Shown here one piece after another: positions 1 through 9,705 of a stretch of DNA of 64,000 bases. The notes under the pieces were generated by a model. That model was given only the letters and a program-made list of their open reading frames with translations, was not told the origin of the DNA and did no database searches. Origin of the DNA: Alphaproteobacteria bacterium (GTDB lineage: Bacteria > Pseudomonadota > Alphaproteobacteria > GCA-2731375); NCBI GenBank assembly GCA_965232515.1, contig CBDDPY010000002.1, positions 2,272,001 through 2,336,000 on the forward strand. The letters are read 5' to 3'. Both the position numbers and the translations under genes were made by a program. Numbering within the stretch: the stretch's first letter is position 1; every line of letters begins with the position of its first letter.

Positions 1-212
1 TTGATCTCCTGCCGGCCATGGCCGCAATTGACCGCCCACATGCCGGCCGCGCCGTCCAGTACCTGCCGGCCGTCATGGCTGGTGTAGTGCATGCCCTCGG
101 CCGCCACCAGCAGCCGCGGTGCGGACTTGAACTGCCGGTTCGCCGTGAACGGCATCCAGTAGTGTTCGAGGTTGTTCGGCTTGGCGTCCTTGGTCGTCAG
201 CGGCTGGTTCAT
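1..212 (-). CDS. Omega-amino acid:pyruvate (beta-alanine-pyruvate) aminotransferase, class III PLP enzyme; N-terminal part, continues off the window edge
   Basis: Not in the ORF track. Manual minus-strand translation from ATG at 212 gives MNQPLTTKDAKPNNLEHYWMPFTANRQFKSAPRLLVAAEGMHYTSHDGRQVLDGAAGMWAVNCGHGRQEI. WMPFTANRQF and LDG.AG.W.VN.GH are characteristic; GGAGG RBS upstream. Confidence 0.9.
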   Translation of the reverse strand, partial: MNQPLTTKDAKPNNLEHYWMPFTANRQFKSAPRLLVAAEGMHYTSHDGRQVLDGAAGMWAVNCGHGRQEI

Positions 213-288
213 TGCCGGGCCTCCCGCGTGAAAGTTCCCGCAACTGTATCAGGCGCAAGGGCACTGGCAAGTACCCGAAACACCGATG

Positions 289-1662
289 TCAGGCGGTCGC
301 CAGCGTATAGACCAGACCGAGGCCGGCGCAGGCGGCGAGCGTCGGCACCATGCCGACCTTGAAGCGCAGCATGGCCAGCATGGCGGCGGCCGCCAGCGCC
401 ACGGACGCCGCGTCGACGGTGGCCCAGACCGGCAGGTCGAGCGCCATGCCGAAACCCTGCCAGGGGCGCAGCTCGCCGAAGCTGACATGCAGGGCGAACC
501 AGACCGCGAGATTCAGAACCACGCCGACGATGGCCGCCGTGATCGCCGAGAGGGCCGATGTCAGCGCCCGGTTGCCGCGCAGCGATTCGACATACGGGCC
601 ACCGAGGAAGATCCAGATATAGCAGGGCACGAAGGTGACCCAGGTGGTGAGCAGCGCGCCCAGCGTGCCGGCGAGCATGGGGTCGAGCAGGCCCGGATTG
701 CGGTAGGCGCCGAGGAAACCGACGAACTGCACGACCATGATCAGCGGCCCCGGCGTGGTCTCGGCCAGGCCCAGGCCGTCCAGCATCTCGCCCGGTTGCA
801 GCCAGCCGTAGTTCTCGACCGCCTGCTGCGCCACATAGGCCAGCAAGGCATAGGCGCCGCCGAAGGTGACGACCGCCATCTTGCTGAAGAAGAAGCCTTC
901 CTGGGCATAGACGTGGGTCGGGCCGAGCAGGGCGAACAGGACGACCACGGGGCCGAGCCAGAGCAGAAGACCGATCGTCAGAACCCTGAGCGCACGGGCG
1001 GCCGACGGCCGCGTATGGTCCAGGCGGCCGGCGGCCAATGCCGCGTCGATGGCGCCCGCCTCGCCGCTCTCGCCGTCACTCTTGCCGCCATTGGCCGCGA
1101 ACAGCTTTGGGAACAGCCAGCCGGCGAGGAGGCCGATCAGACCGGCGCCGATGACGATCAACGGAAACGCCACGTCGAAGAAGAAGATGGCGACGAAGGC
1201 GGCGGCGGCGAGCGCCAGCATCAGTCCGTTTTTCAGCGCCCGCCGGCCGAGGCGCAGCACGGCCTCGACGACGACGGCGAGCACGGCGGCCTTGATGCCG
1301 AAAAACAGGCCCTGCACCAGCGTCAGGTCCTGGTAGCCGACATAGAGCAGACTCAAGGCCAGCATGACGACGACACCCGGCAGCACGAACAGCGTGCCGG
1401 CCACCAGGCCGCCGCGCAGGCGATGCAGCAGCCAGCCGATGTAGACGGTCAGCTGCTGCGCCTCGGGGCCGGGCAGCAACATGCAATAGTTCAGCGCGTG
1501 CAGGAACCGGCCCTCGCCGATCCAGCGCTTCTCCTCCACCAGGATGCGGTGCATCAGCGCGATCTGGGCGGCCGGCCCGCCGAAACTCAGCAGGCCGATG
1601 CGCGTCCAGACCTTCAGCGCCTCGCGGAACGGAACGACGTCGACGGGCCGCGTATCAGGCAT
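289..1662 (-). CDS. chrA: Chromate efflux transporter (long-chain CHR family)
   Basis: Two CHR repeats with SFGGPAAQIA, LPGPEAQQL, TFGGAYA and ETTPGP motifs; many hydrophobic segments. Confidence 0.95.
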   Translation of the reverse strand: MPDTRPVDVVPFREALKVWTRIGLLSFGGPAAQIALMHRILVEEKRWIGEGRFLHALNYCMLLPGPEAQQLTVYIGWLLHRLRGGLVAGTLFVLPGVVVMLALSLLYVGYQDLTLVQGLFFGIKAAVLAVVVEAVLRLGRRALKNGLMLALAAAAFVAIFFFDVAFPLIVIGAGLIGLLAGWLFPKLFAANGGKSDGESGEAGAIDAALAAGRLDHTRPSAARALRVLTIGLLLWLGPVVVLFALLGPTHVYAQEGFFFSKMAVVTFGGAYALLAYVAQQAVENYGWLQPGEMLDGLGLAETTPGPLIMVVQFVGFLGAYRNPGLLDPMLAGTLGALLTTWVTFVPCYIWIFLGGPYVESLRGNRALTSALSAITAAIVGVVLNLAVWFALHVSFGELRPWQGFGMALDLPVWATVDAASVALAAAAMLAMLRFKVGMVPTLAACAGLGLVYTLATA

Positions 1663-2012
1663 CAGCCCACCCGTGCAGCCGTCGATTTCGGCGCGGTCGC
1701 GCCGCCGGCATCCCGCCAGCCTTCGATGCCGCCCTCTAGAAAGCGTGCCCTAAATCCCCGGTCGCGCAACGCCTGTGCCGCGCCCTGAGAGACCTCGTGG
1801 CCGTGCACGCAGTAGACGACGATATCGGCATCGGCCGGCAGGTCAGTGGACCAATCGGCGAGCGCTTCCGGCCCGCCGCGCGCGGCACCGGGGATCACGG
1901 CGTCGTCGGCAGCGAAGGCCGGTTGCTTGCGCACATCGACAACCAGAGGCCGGTCGGCCGCCTCCAATCGCGACTTAAGTTGCTGTGGAGATATCGAGGT
2001 ATCCAAACACAT
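1662..2012 (-). CDS. Single-domain rhodanese/sulfurtransferase (ChrE-like)
   Basis: C-terminal part of ORF 1662..2996: VVDVR...IPGA...VVYCVHGHEVSQ...LEGGIEGW. Stop overlaps the chrA start. Start is ATG 2012 or TTG 2006 after a GGGAG RBS. Confidence 0.85.
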   Translation of the reverse strand: MCLDTSISPQQLKSRLEAADRPLVVDVRKQPAFAADDAVIPGAARGGPEALADWSTDLPADADIVVYCVHGHEVSQGAAQALRDRGFRARFLEGGIEGWRDAGGATAPKSTAARVG

Positions 2013-2186
2013 GCTCCCGCTCCTTCTCTCATGAAGCGTCGAGCAGGGCTTGGATGGCACGCCATCTTGGGAATGCCGGGAGCCTGCGTTACCCCGGCGA
2101 GCGGATGATAGTCCGGCGCATCGCGGGCGGCAATTCAATTGATCCGCTGGGCGCGACGATGCGTAGAACCGGTCGGGAGATCGGAT

Positions 2187-2990
2187 ATGCGGCGGCGGCA
2201 GGCAACACTTCTGATTGGCGGAACACTGCTGCTGACCGCGGCGCGCATGGGCGCCCCCGTCACGGCCCTCGCAACAGAGCGACCGCCAGATATGCAGACC
2301 TATCTCGGTCCACATGGTTTCATCGACTCCGACGCCCCTTCCATCCGCGACGCCGCGGCGGCGGCAATCGCCGGCGCGCGCGGCGACCGCGAACGGGCCA
2401 TTCGCATTCATGATTTCGTCCGCGATGACGTCAGGTTCGGCTGGGCACCGGCCTTCTACGAGATGTCGGCGTCGGACGTGCTGGCGGCCGGGGTTGGCTA
2501 TTGCAACACCAAGTCGACGCTGTTCGTGGCGCTGCTGCGCGCGGCCGGCATCCCGGCGCGGCAGGTGTTTGTCGACATCTCGGCGCGCATCCTCGGCGGG
2601 CTGATCGATCCCGGCACGGCTTATGTCGATCATTCCTACACCGAGGTCCGGCTCGACGGCCGCTGGATCAAGCTCGACAGCTATATCGTCGACCAGCCGC
2701 TGTTCGACCGCGCCTCGGAACGGCTGCGCCATGAGGACCGGATGCTGGGCTATGGCGTGCATGTCGATGGTCAATGCGATTGGGATGGCGATGGCGACAG
2801 CTTCGCGCAGTTCGTCGACAACGGCCGGGTGCCGGACCTGACGAGCCGCCGATACGGCAGGTATGCCGACGTCGCCGCGTTCTATGCATACGAGGACGGC
2901 TGGAACGAAAAGAGCCTCGTCTCCGATATCGCCTTCCGCCTGTTCGTGGGCGGCGCCAACAGGAACATCGCCCGCCTGCGGGAAAGCTGA
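2187..2990 (+). CDS. Transglutaminase-like domain protein, probably exported
   Basis: GYCNTKSTLFVALLRAAGIPAR (Cys), HSYTEV (His) and WIKLD (Asp) form the catalytic triad pattern. N-terminus MRRRQATLLIGGTLLL is signal-like. Confidence 0.85.
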   Translation: MRRRQATLLIGGTLLLTAARMGAPVTALATERPPDMQTYLGPHGFIDSDAPSIRDAAAAAIAGARGDRERAIRIHDFVRDDVRFGWAPAFYEMSASDVLAAGVGYCNTKSTLFVALLRAAGIPARQVFVDISARILGGLIDPGTAYVDHSYTEVRLDGRWIKLDSYIVDQPLFDRASERLRHEDRMLGYGVHVDGQCDWDGDGDSFAQFVDNGRVPDLTSRRYGRYADVAAFYAYEDGWNEKSLVSDIAFRLFVGGANRNIARLRES

Positions 2991-3063
2991 CTTCACGGTC
3001 GGCCCGACGGCGTTATCCGGCTAGACTTTCGCTGGCGCTTAACGGTGTGCGGGAGGAGCGGCG

Positions 3064-4500
3064 ATGGCGGGCTTTCAGGACTTCGAAAATTACGACGGAT
3101 TGGGTCTGGCAGACCTGGTGCGGCGCGGCGAGACGACGGCCGAAGAGCTGCTGGATGCGGCGATCGGGCTGTGCGAAGCGCGAAACGGCCAGGTCAACGC
3201 CGTCATCCGCGAGCTGTTCGACCTGGGCGCCCGGCAGATCGCGGACGGGCTGCCGGACGGGCCGTTCCGCGGCGTGCCGTATCTGCTGAAGGATCTGACG
3301 GCGTCGCTCGCCGGGGTGCCGATGACGCGCGGCAGCCGCTATTTCATGGACTCTGCGCCGCCGGCAGAAGACAGCGAATATGTGAAGCGCCTGAAAGGGG
3401 CAGGGCTGGTGATCTATGGCCGGACCAATTCCTGCGAGCTGGGCCTGAGCCTGACCTGCGAGCCAGTGGCCTATGGCGCCTCGCACAATCCCTGGGACCT
3501 GAGCCGGACGCCGGGCGGCTCCAGCGGCGGCTCGGCGGCGGCGGTCGGCGCGCGCATGCTGCCGATGGCGCACGCCACCGACGGTTTCGGCTCGATCCGC
3601 GCGCCCGCCGCCTGCTGCGGCCTGGTCGGCCTGAAGCCGACGCGGGCGCGCAACTCCTCGGCTCCGACGCTGGGCGAAGGCCTGGGCGGACTCGCGGCCG
3701 AGCACGCGGTGACGTTGTCGGTGCGTGACAGCGCGGCGCTGCTGGACGCGACCGCCGGCCCGGTGCCGGGCGATCCCTATCAGGCGCCGCCGCCGACGCC
3801 GTTCCTGGCCGCGGTCGGCGCGGACGGACCACCGCTGCGCATCGCCGTCACCAAGACCCCGCCGAACGGCGCGCCCGTGGCGGACGACAGCCTGCGGGTG
3901 CTGGACGAGACGGCGGCGCTCTGCGCCGAGCTGGGTCACACAATCGACAACGCCGATCCGGCGATCGAGCGCGAGGGGGTGATCCCGACCTTCCTGACCA
4001 TCATGGCCGCGAACACGGTGGTGAACCTGTCGACGCACCCCAACGCCACGCAGCCGGCGGGGCCCGAGGATGTCGAGAAGGTCACTTGGGCCTGCGCCGA
4101 GATGGGCGAGAAGGTCTCCGGCGCCGATTATGTGCGGGCGACGCAGACCGCGCACCGGCTCGGCCGACAGATGGCGGCGTTCCACCAGGATTGGGATGTG
4201 CTGCTGACGCCGGGCCTGGCGACACTGCCGCCCAAGCTCGGCCACCTCGACATGATGATGGACGATGTCGACGAATATTGGGCCCGCGTGTTCGACTTCT
4301 CGCCGTTCACGGTCTGGTTCAACATCACCGGCCAGCCGGCGATGATGCTGCCCATCGGCGCGACAACAGACGGCTTCCCGATCGCCGTGCAGCTGGTCGC
4401 CCGCTTCGGCGACGAGGCCACCCTCTTCCGCCTCGCCGGCCAGCTCGAAAAGGCCCGCCCCTGGTTCGACCGGCGTCCGATGATCTCTGCATCGACATAA
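3064..4500 (+). CDS. Amidase-signature family amidase
   Basis: [21 protein letters not shown] and [11 protein letters not shown] (Ser-cisSer-Lys signature). Confidence 0.95.
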   Translation: MAGFQDFENYDGLGLADLVRRGETTAEELLDAAIGLCEARNGQVNAVIRELFDLGARQIADGLPDGPFRGVPYLLKDLTASLAGVPMTRGSRYFMDSAPPAEDSEYVKRLKGAGLVIYGRTNSCELGLSLTCEPVAYGASHNPWDLSRTPGGSSGGSAAAVGARMLPMAHATDGFGSIRAPAACCGLVGLKPTRARNSSAPTLGEGLGGLAAEHAVTLSVRDSAALLDATAGPVPGDPYQAPPPTPFLAAVGADGPPLRIAVTKTPPNGAPVADDSLRVLDETAALCAELGHTIDNADPAIEREGVIPTFLTIMAANTVVNLSTHPNATQPAGPEDVEKVTWACAEMGEKVSGADYVRATQTAHRLGRQMAAFHQDWDVLLTPGLATLPPKLGHLDMMMDDVDEYWARVFDFSPFTVWFNITGQPAMMLPIGATTDGFPIAVQLVARFGDEATLFRLAGQLEKARPWFDRRPMISAST

Positions 4501-4547
4501 GCGGTCTGAAATCAAGCGACGGATTGCCAATCCAATGAAACCGAAGC

Positions 4548-4576
4548 GGCTTGCCGGCTTCCGAAGCGGGCAAGCC
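4548..4576. terminator. GC-rich hairpin downstream of the amidase, possible intrinsic terminator
   Basis: GGCTTGCCGGCTT-CCG-AAGCGGGCAAGCC stem followed by an A-run. Confidence 0.4.
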
Positions 4577-4711
4577 TCAAAAAGACAAATCAGATCGGAA
4601 GCATCACACAATTAGGTTGCGATGGAGAGAAATTTTTAAATTTCAAGTCGTGAAACGCATCTAAAAGTTGAATATCCTTCGCAATCGTTTGATTCTTGCG
4701 GAGGGCACAAG

Positions 4712-5704
4712 ATGACCGCGACATTTGCCGAGGCCTACAACGACATACTGGATCGCTTTCAGACAACGTGGAACCCAACCGGGTTCCTCGCCGAACTTCA
4801 AAATACACCGCCGCCGACCCCGATTGTTGGCGAACCATGGGCTCGTCTGATCGTTGAGCATACTGGGAACCAAACATCAGTCATGGCGGGACAGTTTTGC
4901 GACCGCATTGGCACGATCACGGTTGAGATATTTGTCCCGAAGGACGAAGGTCTCACCCGCGGCTATGGGTTGGCCCGAACGATCATTCAAGCATTTCAGG
5001 GTATTCCAACACCGAAAAACGTCTGGTTCAGAAACGCCCGATTGAATGAAATCGGTCTCAGTACCAACTGGTTCCAAATCGATGTACTGATCGATTTCGA
5101 ATACTTTGCTGTTCCTGGTGCATCGGCGCCGGTTCTTCTTAACTTCACGCAGTGGAGTCAGACAGACCGAATTCCTGGAAACTGGGTGTTCAGCAATAAT
5201 GACCGGTCTTTTCAATCACCCGACGATGCTGCTGGTGGGCTTCGCGCCATCCATAGCAATGACGTCGGAAAATTTTACTGGGAAATGTTCTACGCTGGTG
5301 CCAATGCCTCGGGACAGAACTTCCCAGATGCACTGGGGATTGGTGTGGCGCGTTCTGACCAGCCACTAACAGGTTCGTCGAACATCAATCCACCGTTTGC
5401 CTTCATGAACACACCCAGCGGGTTTGTTCCTGGCGCGACGGTCGTGCGTTTCGCATTGGACCTTGATGTGGGAGCGCTTTGGACGTCCAAGGATGCTGTT
5501 TGGGACAATGGCGCTACGACGTTAGAGATCGAAGCCGGAAACACGACAAATGCAACAGGAACCGGCCTCACCGGGAGCTATTTTCCTTACTTCCAAGATG
5601 GTGGAACGGCAGAATCTTACTGGTGGGACGCTAATTTCGGTCAATCCGCCTTTGCTCATCCCGTGCCCAATGGATTTCTCCCAGGCTTCGGTTTGGTCGG
5701 ATAG
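4712..5704 (+). CDS. Putative phage tail terminator-like domain fused to a SPRY/B30.2-like domain
   Basis: The N-terminal ~130 aa (WARLIVEH...RIGTITVEIFVPKDEGL...LARTIIQAF...WFQIDVLIDFEY) resemble tail-terminator/tail-completion proteins. The C-terminus (FSNNDR, GKFYWEM, GIGVA, FALDLDVGALW, YFPYF, NFGQSAFAHPVPNGF) resembles SPRY. GGAGGG RBS; GC ~50% in sampled lines versus ~70% in neighbouring genes. Confidence 0.7.
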   Translation: MTATFAEAYNDILDRFQTTWNPTGFLAELQNTPPPTPIVGEPWARLIVEHTGNQTSVMAGQFCDRIGTITVEIFVPKDEGLTRGYGLARTIIQAFQGIPTPKNVWFRNARLNEIGLSTNWFQIDVLIDFEYFAVPGASAPVLLNFTQWSQTDRIPGNWVFSNNDRSFQSPDDAAGGLRAIHSNDVGKFYWEMFYAGANASGQNFPDALGIGVARSDQPLTGSSNINPPFAFMNTPSGFVPGATVVRFALDLDVGALWTSKDAVWDNGATTLEIEAGNTTNATGTGLTGSYFPYFQDGGTAESYWWDANFGQSAFAHPVPNGFLPGFGLVG

Positions 5705-5828
5705 AGAAACTTCGACGCCCCAAGCTAAGCCGTTTTAGAAACAGGCTTTCCGCTGCCTCACCAGCCCAAGTTTGGGCTGCCTAGCCGACGACAACAACGT
5801 TCAATCAACCACCTACGAGACCCGGACG

Positions 5829-6959
5829 CTAGAGCGCCATATACCGCCGGAGGTGGTGGTCCTTGTTGCCGAACATGATGTCGATCATGGTCAGGCGCTT
5901 GAAGTAGTGGCCGACGCGCAGTTCGTCGGTCATGCCCATGCCGCCGTGCAGCTGGACCGATTCCTGGCCGATGAAGCGGCCGCTGTTGCCGATCTGCACC
6001 TTGGCGGCCGAGACCGACTTCTTACGGGCGTTGGCGTCTTCGTCTTCGAGGTTCAGCGTCGCCATGTAGGCCATCGAGCGCGACTGCTCGTATTCCATGA
6101 ACATGTCGACCATGCGGTGCTGCAGCACCTGGAACTTCGACAGCGGCTGGCCGAACTGCTTGCGGGTCTTGAGATATTCGTTGGTGTCGTCGTGCAGCAC
6201 CTTCATGCAGCCAACGGCCTCGGCACAGAGTGCCGCCGTGGCATGGTCGGCGACGGTCTCCAGCAGGGTCAGGCCCTCGTCGACCGGGCCGATGACGGCA
6301 TCGTCGCCGACCGCGACGTTGTCGAAGGCGATCTCGGCCGCGCGCAGGCCGTCGACGGTGGGATAGTCGCGGCGCGTGATGCCGCCGGCCATGGCGTCGA
6401 CCAGGAACAGGGTAATGCCCGCCTTGTCGCGCCGCTCGCCCGAGGTGCGGGCCGAGACGACCAGCATGTCGGCGCAGCCGCCATGCAGCACGACGCCCTT
6501 CTGGCCGTTCAGCACATAGCCGCCGCCGTTTTTCGTAGCGGTCAGGGCGACATCGTGGAGGTCGTAGCGCGATTGCGGCTCGGCATAGGCCAGCGCCAGC
6601 ATGCACTGGCCCTCGGCCAGCTTCGGCAGCCACTCCCGTTTCTGCTCGTCGCGGCCGCCCAGCATCAGGGCGCCGCCGCCCATCACCACGCTGGCGAGAT
6701 AGGGCTCGAGCACCAGGCCGCCGCCGAGCGCTTCCATGATGATCATGGTCTCGACCGGGCCGCCGCCGATGCCGCCGAATTCCTCCGGCAGCGACACGGC
6801 AAGCCAGCCGAGCTCGGCCATCTGCTTCCAGTTGTCGCGGCTGAAACCGTCGGCCGATTGCGCCAGCGCGCGGCGTTTGTCGAACTCATAGGCCTCCCGC
6901 ACGAAACGGTCGACACTGTCCTTCAGGAGCTGCTGCTCCTCCGATAGCGAAAAATCCAT
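5829..6959 (-). CDS. pimD: Acyl-CoA dehydrogenase, PimD-like (small subunit)
   Basis: MDFSLSEEQQLLKDSV, ALAYAEPQSR, RKQFGQPLSKFQVLQHR and QLHGGMGMTDE; lies downstream of pimC-like genes. Confidence 0.8.
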   Translation of the reverse strand: MDFSLSEEQQLLKDSVDRFVREAYEFDKRRALAQSADGFSRDNWKQMAELGWLAVSLPEEFGGIGGGPVETMIIMEALGGGLVLEPYLASVVMGGGALMLGGRDEQKREWLPKLAEGQCMLALAYAEPQSRYDLHDVALTATKNGGGYVLNGQKGVVLHGGCADMLVVSARTSGERRDKAGITLFLVDAMAGGITRRDYPTVDGLRAAEIAFDNVAVGDDAVIGPVDEGLTLLETVADHATAALCAEAVGCMKVLHDDTNEYLKTRKQFGQPLSKFQVLQHRMVDMFMEYEQSRSMAYMATLNLEDEDANARKKSVSAAKVQIGNSGRFIGQESVQLHGGMGMTDELRVGHYFKRLTMIDIMFGNKDHHLRRYMAL

Positions 6960-7021
6960 GACGCTTCCCTAGTAACTCTTATTTCGCGGCCCTTCGGGCC
7001 CAGGCTCGATCGGCCGCTCGC

Positions 7022-8218
7022 TTAAAGGCCAAGCACCATCTTGGCCATGATGTTCTTCTGGATCTCGTTGGTGCCGCCGTAGATCGACGTCTTCCGCCAA
7101 TTGAAATAGGTCGGCGCCAACGGTGGCGCGTAAGCCGGCCCGATCGGCGCCTCGTTCCAACCGTAGTCGAGCGCCTCGCGCACGTAGGGCTGGGCGTAGT
7201 AGCCGACCGCCTCCATCAACAGCTCGCTGATGCCCTGCTGGATCTCGGTGCCCCGGATCTTCAACAGGCTGGTCTCGGCGCCGGGCGGCTTGCCGGCGTT
7301 CTCGCTGATGACGTAGCGCAGCTCGGTCATTTCGAGCGCGCTGAGATCGATCTCCAGCTTCGCCACCTTCTCGCGGAAATCGGTGTCCTCGATCAGCGGC
7401 GCGCCGGACATGGTCTCGTGGCCGGCGATGTCCTTGAGACGCTCGATCTGCGCCTTCGAGCGGCCGACGGCGGCGATGCCGGAGCGCTCGTGGCCAAGCA
7501 GGAACTTGGCGTAGGTCCAGCCCTTGTTCTCCTCGCCGACCAGGTTCTCGGCCGGCACGCGCACGTCGCTGAAGAACACGGTGTTGATCTCGGCGCTGCC
7601 GTCGATGGTGACAATGGGCTGCACCTCAACGCCGGGTGTGGTCATGTCGATCAGCAGGAAGGAAATGCCCTCCTGCGCCTTGGCGTCGGGATCGGTGCGC
7701 ACCAGGCAGAAGATCATGTTCGCGTGCTGGGCCAGCGTGGTCCAGGTTTTGGAGCCGTTGACGATGTAATGGTCGCCGTCGCGCACGGCCCGCGTGCCGA
7801 GCGAGGCGAGATCGGAGCCCGAGCCCGGCTCGGAATAGCCCTGGCACCACCAGTCCTCGCTGGTCAGGATGCGCGGCAGGTAATGCGCCTTCTGTTCATC
7901 GCTGCCGAACGTATAGATGACAGGCGCGACCATCTTGGTGCCGAACGGCACGACACGCGGCGAATGGCCGCGGGCCAGCTCTTCCTCGAAGATGTAGCGC
8001 TGCATCGGTGTCCAACCGGTGCCGCCATGCTCGACCGGCCAGTGCGGCGCCAGCCAGCCACGGTCGTTCAGAATACGCTGCCAGCGGACGAAATCGTCCT
8101 TCTCCAGCTTGCGTCCGTGCGCGACCTTTTCACGAATATCGGCCGGCAGGTTCTCTTCGATAAAGCCGCGCACCTCGCGCTGAAAAGCGAGATCGTCATC
8201 GGTCAGTTGCAGGTCCAT
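7022..8218 (-). CDS. pimC: Acyl-CoA dehydrogenase, PimC-like (large subunit)
   Basis: WCQGYSEPGSGSDLASL, NGSKTWTT, GWTYAKFLLGHER and SIYGGTNEIQKNI. Confidence 0.8.
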   Translation of the reverse strand: MDLQLTDDDLAFQREVRGFIEENLPADIREKVAHGRKLEKDDFVRWQRILNDRGWLAPHWPVEHGGTGWTPMQRYIFEEELARGHSPRVVPFGTKMVAPVIYTFGSDEQKAHYLPRILTSEDWWCQGYSEPGSGSDLASLGTRAVRDGDHYIVNGSKTWTTLAQHANMIFCLVRTDPDAKAQEGISFLLIDMTTPGVEVQPIVTIDGSAEINTVFFSDVRVPAENLVGEENKGWTYAKFLLGHERSGIAAVGRSKAQIERLKDIAGHETMSGAPLIEDTDFREKVAKLEIDLSALEMTELRYVISENAGKPPGAETSLLKIRGTEIQQGISELLMEAVGYYAQPYVREALDYGWNEAPIGPAYAPPLAPTYFNWRKTSIYGGTNEIQKNIMAKMVLGL

Positions 8219-8326
8219 GGCGCGCGCGCCTCCTCATGTCAGCTCGGCTGCTTTACCACCTGACGTAGCACGATCCGACGGCGCATCAAAGCCTGCCAGC
8301 GGTGACGTTTCGGAGTCGGTTCGATT

Positions 8327-9523
8327 TCAGAGCCCAAGCACCATTTTGGCGATGATGTTCCGCTGAATCTCGTTCGAACCGCCATAGATCGTCGCCGCCC
8401 GGCTGAACAGATAATCGGGCATCTGCGCCGCCGCGTGCGCCGGGCCGATCGGCTCCTCGTTCCAACCCTCGGCCAGGCGCGCCAGATCGTAGGGCGCGGC
8501 GTAATAGCCCAGCGCTTCGACACAGAGCTCGGTGATCTGTTGGCGAATTTCCGAGCCGCGGATCTTCAGCATCGAGGCCTCGGGCCCAATCGGCTTGCCG
8601 GCCGCCTCGTCGGCGAGCTGTCGCAGACTGGTATATTCCAGCGCCGTGAGCTGGATCTCCGTCGCGGCGATCTTTTCGAGAAAGCTGTTGTCCTCGATCA
8701 GCGCGCGGCCGTCCGCGGTCTCGCCGCGGGCCACTTCCTTCAACCGCCGCAGGCGCTGCTTCGAGGGGCCGACCTCGGCGATGTCGGTGCGTTCGAAACC
8801 GAGCAGGAACTTGGCATAGGTCCAGCCCTTGCCCGCCTCGCCGATCAGGGTCTCGACCGGCACGCGCACGTCGGTGAAGAACACCATGTTGACGTGATGG
8901 CTGCCGTCGATGGTGATGATCGGCTGGACCTCGATGCCGGGCGTCGTCATGTCGGCGAGCAGGAACGAGATGCCCTCCTGCTGTTTGCCCGAATTGTCGG
9001 TCCGCACCAGGCAGAAGATCCAGTCGGCCCAATGCGCCAGCGTGGTCCAGGTCTTGGTCCCGTTCAGCACGTAGTGATCGCCGTCGCGCACGGCCGAGAT
9101 CTGCAGCGAGGCCAGGTCCGAGCCGGAGTTGGGCTCGGAGTAGCCCTGGCACCACCAGTCGTCGCTCGCCAGGATGCGCGGCAGGAAGCGTTCCTTCTGT
9201 TCGGGCGTGCCGAAGGTGTAGATCACCGGCCCGACCATCTTCAGCCCGAAGGGCGAGATCGGCGGCGCGTCACCGGCCGCCAGTTCCTCCTCGAAGATGT
9301 AGCGCTGCGTCGCGCTCCAGCCCGTGCCGCCATGTTCGACCGGCCAATGCGGCGCGACCCAGCCCTTGTCATGGAGCGTCTTCTGCCAGTCGACGAAATC
9401 GTGCTTTTCCAGCGGCAGGCCGGCGCGCATTTTCGCGGCCGTGGCCGGCGCTACCGATTCGCGGATGAACCGCCTGACCTCGTCACGAAAGGCGAGATCG
9501 TCGGCGCTGAACGATAGATCCAT
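8327..9523 (-). CDS. Acyl-CoA dehydrogenase, second PimC-like paralog
   Basis: MDLSFSADDLAFRDEVR, WCQGYSEPNSGSDLASL and IYGGSNEIQRNII; visibly similar to 7022..8218. Confidence 0.9.
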   Translation of the reverse strand: MDLSFSADDLAFRDEVRRFIRESVAPATAAKMRAGLPLEKHDFVDWQKTLHDKGWVAPHWPVEHGGTGWSATQRYIFEEELAAGDAPPISPFGLKMVGPVIYTFGTPEQKERFLPRILASDDWWCQGYSEPNSGSDLASLQISAVRDGDHYVLNGTKTWTTLAHWADWIFCLVRTDNSGKQQEGISFLLADMTTPGIEVQPIITIDGSHHVNMVFFTDVRVPVETLIGEAGKGWTYAKFLLGFERTDIAEVGPSKQRLRRLKEVARGETADGRALIEDNSFLEKIAATEIQLTALEYTSLRQLADEAAGKPIGPEASMLKIRGSEIRQQITELCVEALGYYAAPYDLARLAEGWNEEPIGPAHAAAQMPDYLFSRAATIYGGSNEIQRNIIAKMVLGL

Positions 9524-9605
9524 GGCAGGAAATTCCCCGTAAAAAGCCAAAGAAGGCGATGGACACGGCCGGGACAAATATTGTCACACAAACCAACTAC
9601 CGTTG

Positions 9606-9646
9606 TTAACGCCCCGTTAACCGCCCGCCGCTTAATCAAGGTTAAC
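9606..9646 (+). promoter_or_regulatory. CtrA-like binding sites
   Basis: TTAA-CGCCCCG-TTAAC at 9606-9621 (exact TTAA-N7-TTAAC) plus TTAA-N6-TTAAC at 9632-9646. Confidence 0.6.
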
Positions 9647-9705
9647 GCGATATCCGGGACGTGAGCGGCCGGAAATTCTTTCGGCCCGCAACAGGAGGGA
9701 AGCTG

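Noticed and set aside
286-1788. 500-aa plus-strand ORF and many other long antisense ORFs (e.g. 3013..4611, 27594..30284, 30113..31807, 47463..49418)
   Set aside because: These are shadow frames opposite well-supported genes. They are expected in high-GC DNA and show no family motifs.
1662-2996. 444-aa ORF suggesting a large rhodanese fusion
   Set aside because: Only the last ~117 aa are rhodanese; the rest is antisense to the transglutaminase-like gene.
4501-5828. Prophage or integrative element around the tail-terminator-like gene
   Set aside because: No integrase, att-like direct repeats, tRNA or other phage genes were seen.
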